A stretch of 64,000 nt of DNA, taken from NCBI RefSeq assembly GCF_963921235.1, contig NC_086108.1:72108001-72172000 (forward strand), read 5' to 3'. The notes below the pieces were generated by a model, which was not told the origin of the DNA, did not search any database, and saw only the letters and a program-made list of their open reading frames with translations. The position numbers were made by a program, and so were the translations under genes. Of this stretch, positions 59,068-64,000 are shown one piece after another. Source of the stretch: Mobula hypostoma (lineage: Eukaryota). Positions within the stretch are counted from its first letter, which is position 1; each line of letters begins with the position of its first letter.

Positions 59068-61262
59068 AAAGGACAGAATCATGGAAGAGGATAGAATCAG
59101 AGAGGACAGGAAAATTTTTAATTGAGGAAGGGCAAATTATGAGGCTATAAGGTTAGAACTTGCGGGTGTGAATTGGGATGATGTTTTTGCAGGGAAATGT
59201 ACTATGGACATGTGGTTGATGTTTAGGGATCTCTTGCAGGATGTTAGGGATAAATTTGTCCTGGTGAGGAAGATAAAGAACGCTAGGGTGAAGGAACCAT
59301 GGGAGACAAGTCAGGTGGAAGAAGGCAGCATACATGAGGTTTAGGAAGCAAGGATCAGATGGGTCTATTGAGGAATACAGGGTAGCAAGAAAGGAGCTTA
59401 AGAAGGGGCTTTGAAGAACAAGAAGGGGGCATGAGAAGGCCTTGGTGAGTAAGGTAAAGGAAAACCCCAAGGCATTCTTCAGTTATGTGAAGAACAAAAG
59501 GATGACAGGAGTGAAGGTAGGACCAATTAGAGATAAAGGTGGGAAGATGTGCCTGGAGGCTATGGAAGTGAGTGAGGCCCTCAATAAATACTTCTCTTTG
59601 GTATTCATCAATGAGAGGGAACTTGATGATGGTGAGGACAATATGAGTGAGGTTGATGTTCTGGAGCATGTTGATATTAAGGGAGAGGAGGTGTTGGAGT
59701 TGTTAAAATACATTAGGACGGATAAGTCCCCGGGACCTGATGGAATATTCCCCAGGCTGCTCCATGAGGTGAGGGAAGAAATTGCTGAGCCTCTGACTAG
59801 GATCTTTATGTCCCCGTTGTCCACGGGAATGGTACCGGAGGATTGGAGGGAGGCAAATGTTGTCCCCTTGTTCAAAAAAGGTAATAGGGATAGTCTGGGT
59901 AATTATAGACCAGTGAGCCTTACATCTGTGGTGGGAGAGCTGTTGGGAAAGATTCTTAGAGATAAGATCTATGGGCATTTAGAAATCATGGTCTGATGAG
60001 GGACAGTTAACATGGCTTTGTGAAGGGCAGATCATGTCTAACGAGCCTGATAGAGTTCTTTGAGGAGGTGACCAGGCATATAGGTGAGGGTAGTGCAGTG
60101 GATGTGATCTACATGAATTTTAGTAAGGCATTTGACAAGGTTCCACATGGTAGGCTTATTCAGAAAGTCAGAAGGCATGGGTTCCAGGGAAGTTTGGCCA
60201 GGTGGATTCAGAATTGGTTTGCCTGCAGAAGGCAGAGGGTCGTGGCGGAGGGAGTACATTCAGACTGGAGGATTGTGACTAGTGGTGTCCCACAAGGATC
60301 TGTTCTGGGACCTCTACTTTTCGTGATTTTTATTAATGACCTGGATTTAGGGGTAGAAGGGTGGGTTGGCAAGTTTGCAGACGACACAAAGGTTGGTGGT
60401 GTTGTGGATAGTGTAGAGGATTGTCGAAGATTGCAGAGAGACATTGATAGGATGCTGAAGTGGGCTGAGAAGTGGCAGATGGAGTTCAACCTGGAGAAGT
60501 GTGAGGTGGTACACTTTAGAAGGACAAACTCCAAGGCAGAGTACAAAGTAAATGGTAGGTTACTTGGTAGTGTGGAGGAGCAGAGGGATCTGGGGGTACA
60601 TGTCCACAGATCCCTGAAAGTTGCCTCACAGGTAGATAGGTAGTTAAGAAAGCTTATGGGGTGTTAGCCTTCATAAGTTGAGAGACGGAGTTTAAGAATA
60701 ATGAGGTAATGATGCGGCTCTATAAAACTCTGATTAGGCCACACTTGGAGTACTGTGTCCAGTTCTGGTCGCCTCACTATAGGAAGGATGTGGAAGCATT
60801 GGAAAGGGTACAGAGGATATTTACCAAGATGTTGCCTGGTTTAGAGAGTATGCATTATGATCAGAGATTAAGGGAGCTAGGGCTTTACTCTTTGGAGAGA
60901 AGGAGGATGAGAGGAGACATGATAGAGGTATATAAGATATTAAAAGGAATAGATAGAGTGGACAGCCAGTGCCTCTTCCCCAGGGCACCACTGGTCAATA
61001 CAAGAAGACATGGCTTTAAGGTAAGGGGTAGGAAGTTCAAGGGGGATATTAGAGGAAGGTTTTTACTCAGAGAGTGGTTGGTGCGTGGAATGCACTGCCT
61101 GAGTCAGTGGTGGAGGCAGATACACTAGTGAAGTTTAAGAGATTACTAGACAGGTATATGGAGGAATTTAAGGTGGGGGATTATATGGGAGGCAGGGTTT
61201 AAGGGTCGGCACAATATAGTGGGCCAAAGGACCTGTACTGTGCTGTACTATTCTATCTTCCT
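59068..61262 (+). mobile_element. CR1 LINE, 5'-truncated, same young subfamily as 10252-12641
   Basis: ORFs 59442-59996, 60020-60643 and 60709-61128 are nearly identical to the minus-strand ORFs at 10357-12314; intact FADD; tail ttctatct. Confidence 0.95.
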
Positions 61263-61649
61263 CTATCTATCTAAAAATCTAATCTCCAATGAGTTGCTTA
61301 GGCACAACGTTTTATAAAAAATACTTTGTTTCATCCTTCACTGAAGAGGCAGATAAATGAATACAGATTATTGCCAGGTCCTTGAGCTAGTTGCTGGGAG
61401 ATGTGGAAAAGAGTCTGTAAATTATGTGCCTGAGAATATGAAACTTAAATAAGAAGAATCAGATTCCATCAGTCAGTGGTATCAGGCCTGCTCAGGCAGG
61501 CACCTGCCAGTCTCCACCCAGCTACCAGGAGTCACCTGCCACTCGTTTCCAACTCATCACTTGCAGCCTATTTAAAACCAGCACCCATCTATAATTCTTG
61601 ATCACTTATCAAACCAGCCAGATTAGCCTTCAGAAGTTCTCAAATGGCA

Positions 61650-63650
61650 GAGCTAGGGAACTGTGGCTGACAAGGGAAGTTAAAGACTGCATAAAAGCAA
61701 GGAAATAACATATAAGGTAGCAAAAGTGAGTGGGAAGTTGGACTATTGAGATGCTTATAATATGCAACAAAAGGCAACTAAAAAAGGTACAAGAAGGGAA
61801 AAGATGAAATATGAGGGCAAACTAGCCAATAATATAAAGCAGGATACTTAAAGTTTTCACAGTTCTATAAAAAGTAAAAGGGAGGTGAGAGTTGATATTG
61901 GACAACTGGAAAACGATGCTGGTGAGGTAATAATGGGGGACAAAGAAATGGCAGATGAACTTTAGTAAGTACTTTGCTTCAGTCTTTACTGTGGAAGACA
62001 CTAGCTGCATGCCAGAGGTCTGGGAGTGCCAGGGAGCATGAGTGAGTGCCATTGCTATAACAGTGCTAGGCAAACGGAAAGGTCTTAAGGTGGATAAGTC
62101 ACCTGGAACAGATGGACTACATCCCAGAGTCCTGAAAGAGGTTGCTGAAGAGGTAACTGATTCATTGGTCATGATCTTTCAAGAATCACTTGAATCTGTC
62201 ATGGGCCCTGAGGACTGGAAGACTGCAAATGTCACTCCATTCTTTAAGAAGGGAGGAAGTAAAAGAGAGGATATTATAGGCCAGTTAGCCTAACCTCAGT
62301 GGTTGGGGAAAGTGTTGGAGTCCATTATTAAAGATGAGGTTTTGGAGTACTTGAGACAAATGATAAAATAAGTCAAAGTCAGTATGGTTTCTGTGAAGGG
62401 AAATCTTGCCTGTCAAATCTGATAGAGGTCTTCGAGGGAGTAACAAGCAGGGTGGATGAAGCAGAGGCAGTGGATGTCATTTACTTTGATTTTCAGAAGA
62501 CATTTGATATGGTATCAGCCATGAGGCTGCTTAACAAGAAAAATTCCTATGGTGTAACAACAAAAACACTGGCATGGATAGAGGAGTGGCTGACAGGCAG
62601 GAGTGGGAATAAAGGGGCCTTTTATGGTCAGCTGCTGGTGTCTAGTTGTGTTCCTGAAGGGTGAATATTGGTACCACTGCTTTTCACATTGTTTTTCAAT
62701 GATTTCCATAGTGGAATTGATGGCTTTGTGACGAAGTTTGTAGTGATACGAAGATAAGTGGAGGGGTAGGTAGTGCTGAGGAACCAATGCGATTGCAGCA
62801 GGACTTAGGCAAATGGAAGAATGGGCAAAAAAGTGGCAGATGGAATACAGTGTTGGGAGATGTATGATAATGCATCTTGGTAAAAGGAACGGTAGTGCGG
62901 ACTATTATCTGAATGGGGAGAAACTTCAAACATCAGAGGTACAAAGAAACCTAGCAATCCTTTGACTCCCAGAATGTTAATTCACAGGCTGAGTCTGTGG
63001 TAAAGAAGGATAATGTAATGTTCGCATTTATTTCAAGGGAAATAGAATTTACAAACAAGGAGATAATGCTGAAGCTTAATAAGACACTAGTTAGTACACA
63101 TTTAGAGTACTGTCAACAGTTCTGGGGCCCCTTATCTCAGAAAGGATGTATTGTCATTGGAGAAGGTCCAGAGGAGGTTCACAAGGATTATTCTGGGAAT
63201 GAAAGAGTTAACATATGAGGAGTGTTTGGTGTCTTTGGGCCTGTACTCACTGGAATTTAGAAGAATGCTTGGGGATCTCATTAAAACCTACCAAATGTTG
63301 AATGAACTAGATAAGGTGGATTCCTCTGGTGTGAGTATCCAGAACCAGAGGACACAGCCTCAAATTTAAGAGGTGACCTTTTAGAACAGAAGTAAGGAGG
63401 AATTTTTTTTAGCCAAAGAGTGGTGAATCTGTGGAATGCTCTGCCACAGGCTGCAATGAAGACCAAGTCCGTGAGTACCTTCAAAGCGGAAGTTGATAGA
63501 TTCCTGATTGGTTGGGGCATCAAGGGATATGGTGAGAGGGCAGATGTATGGGGTTGAATGGGATCCGGGATCAGTCATGATGAAATGGCGGAGCAGACTC
63601 GATGGGCTGAATGACCTAATTCTGCTCCTGTGTCTTGTGGTCTTGTAGTC
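61650..63650 (+). mobile_element. CR1 LINE, 5'-truncated, degraded
   Basis: KVDKSPGTDGLHPRVLKEVAEE...DWKTANVTPFFKKG; VDVIYFDFQKTFD; HLEYCQQFWGP; 3' UTR ending tctgctcctgtgtcttgtggtctt. Confidence 0.92.
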
Positions 63651-64000
63651 TAATCTACAAACCTCCTCTGCTGCAGATACAGTATGTCATTATTTGAAAT
63701 GCTTCATGCCTACCAACCCTGTTTTCCCCATGGAGGACCCATCTGCCAGGGCCCTAGCTTGTTGCTGCTGGAATACTTGGAAGATGGCACGGAACGTCAT
63801 CCTAACTGCCAACCGCACCTCCTGCTACCAGGCCAACAGCAGGTGGCATCCAGTCAGGCTACTCTGTCTGGGGACCATGTCTGATTACCCGCCTGAGATT
63901 TTCCCCTGCACATCCACTCCCGCAAGCTCTCGTCCCAGGTCATTAGTCCCTTCAGGATTACCCATCATATCAATCCAGTCGGGGTTCTGAGTTGGATGAT

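Noticed and set aside
61480..61640. Possible LTR fragment (cacctg repeats, tatttaaa)
   Set aside because: Too short, with no defined termini, to support a call.

Overview
Repeat-dense eukaryotic genomic DNA, about 40-45% GC by eye. The repeat families present (abundant CR1 LINEs, V-domain and Deu-domain SINEs, Rex1/Babar-type LINEs, Penelope-like elements) point to a cartilaginous fish, probably a ray; this is an inference. I found no convincing host protein-coding exon, tRNA or rRNA, so the window looks intronic or intergenic. It is a layered transposon landscape. It holds degraded Gypsy (about 0.7-4.1 kb) and BEL/Pao (about 37.3-42.2 kb) LTR retrotransposons and at least ten CR1 fragments; one carries an ORF1 SGNH esterase and one is a young 2.8-kb copy whose ORF2 has a single stop codon. 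It also holds Rex1-like, L2, Tx1/L1 and RTE-related elements, Penelope-like GIY-YIG elements, 80-bp hAT MITEs and a 75-bp minisatellite. The most interesting signals are: (i) minimal type I hammerhead ribozymes in the Penelope terminal repeats, one with an intact core at 16130-16165 and several sharing a CUGCUGA core variant; (ii) tiny fold-back elements built from two inverted Penelope ends; (iii) a local duplication that preserves both the empty and the filled version of a two-layer insertion site; (iv) several nested insertions with readable target-site duplications (TSDs). Family names come from recognising motifs by eye, not from database searches, and boundaries of old elements are approximate.
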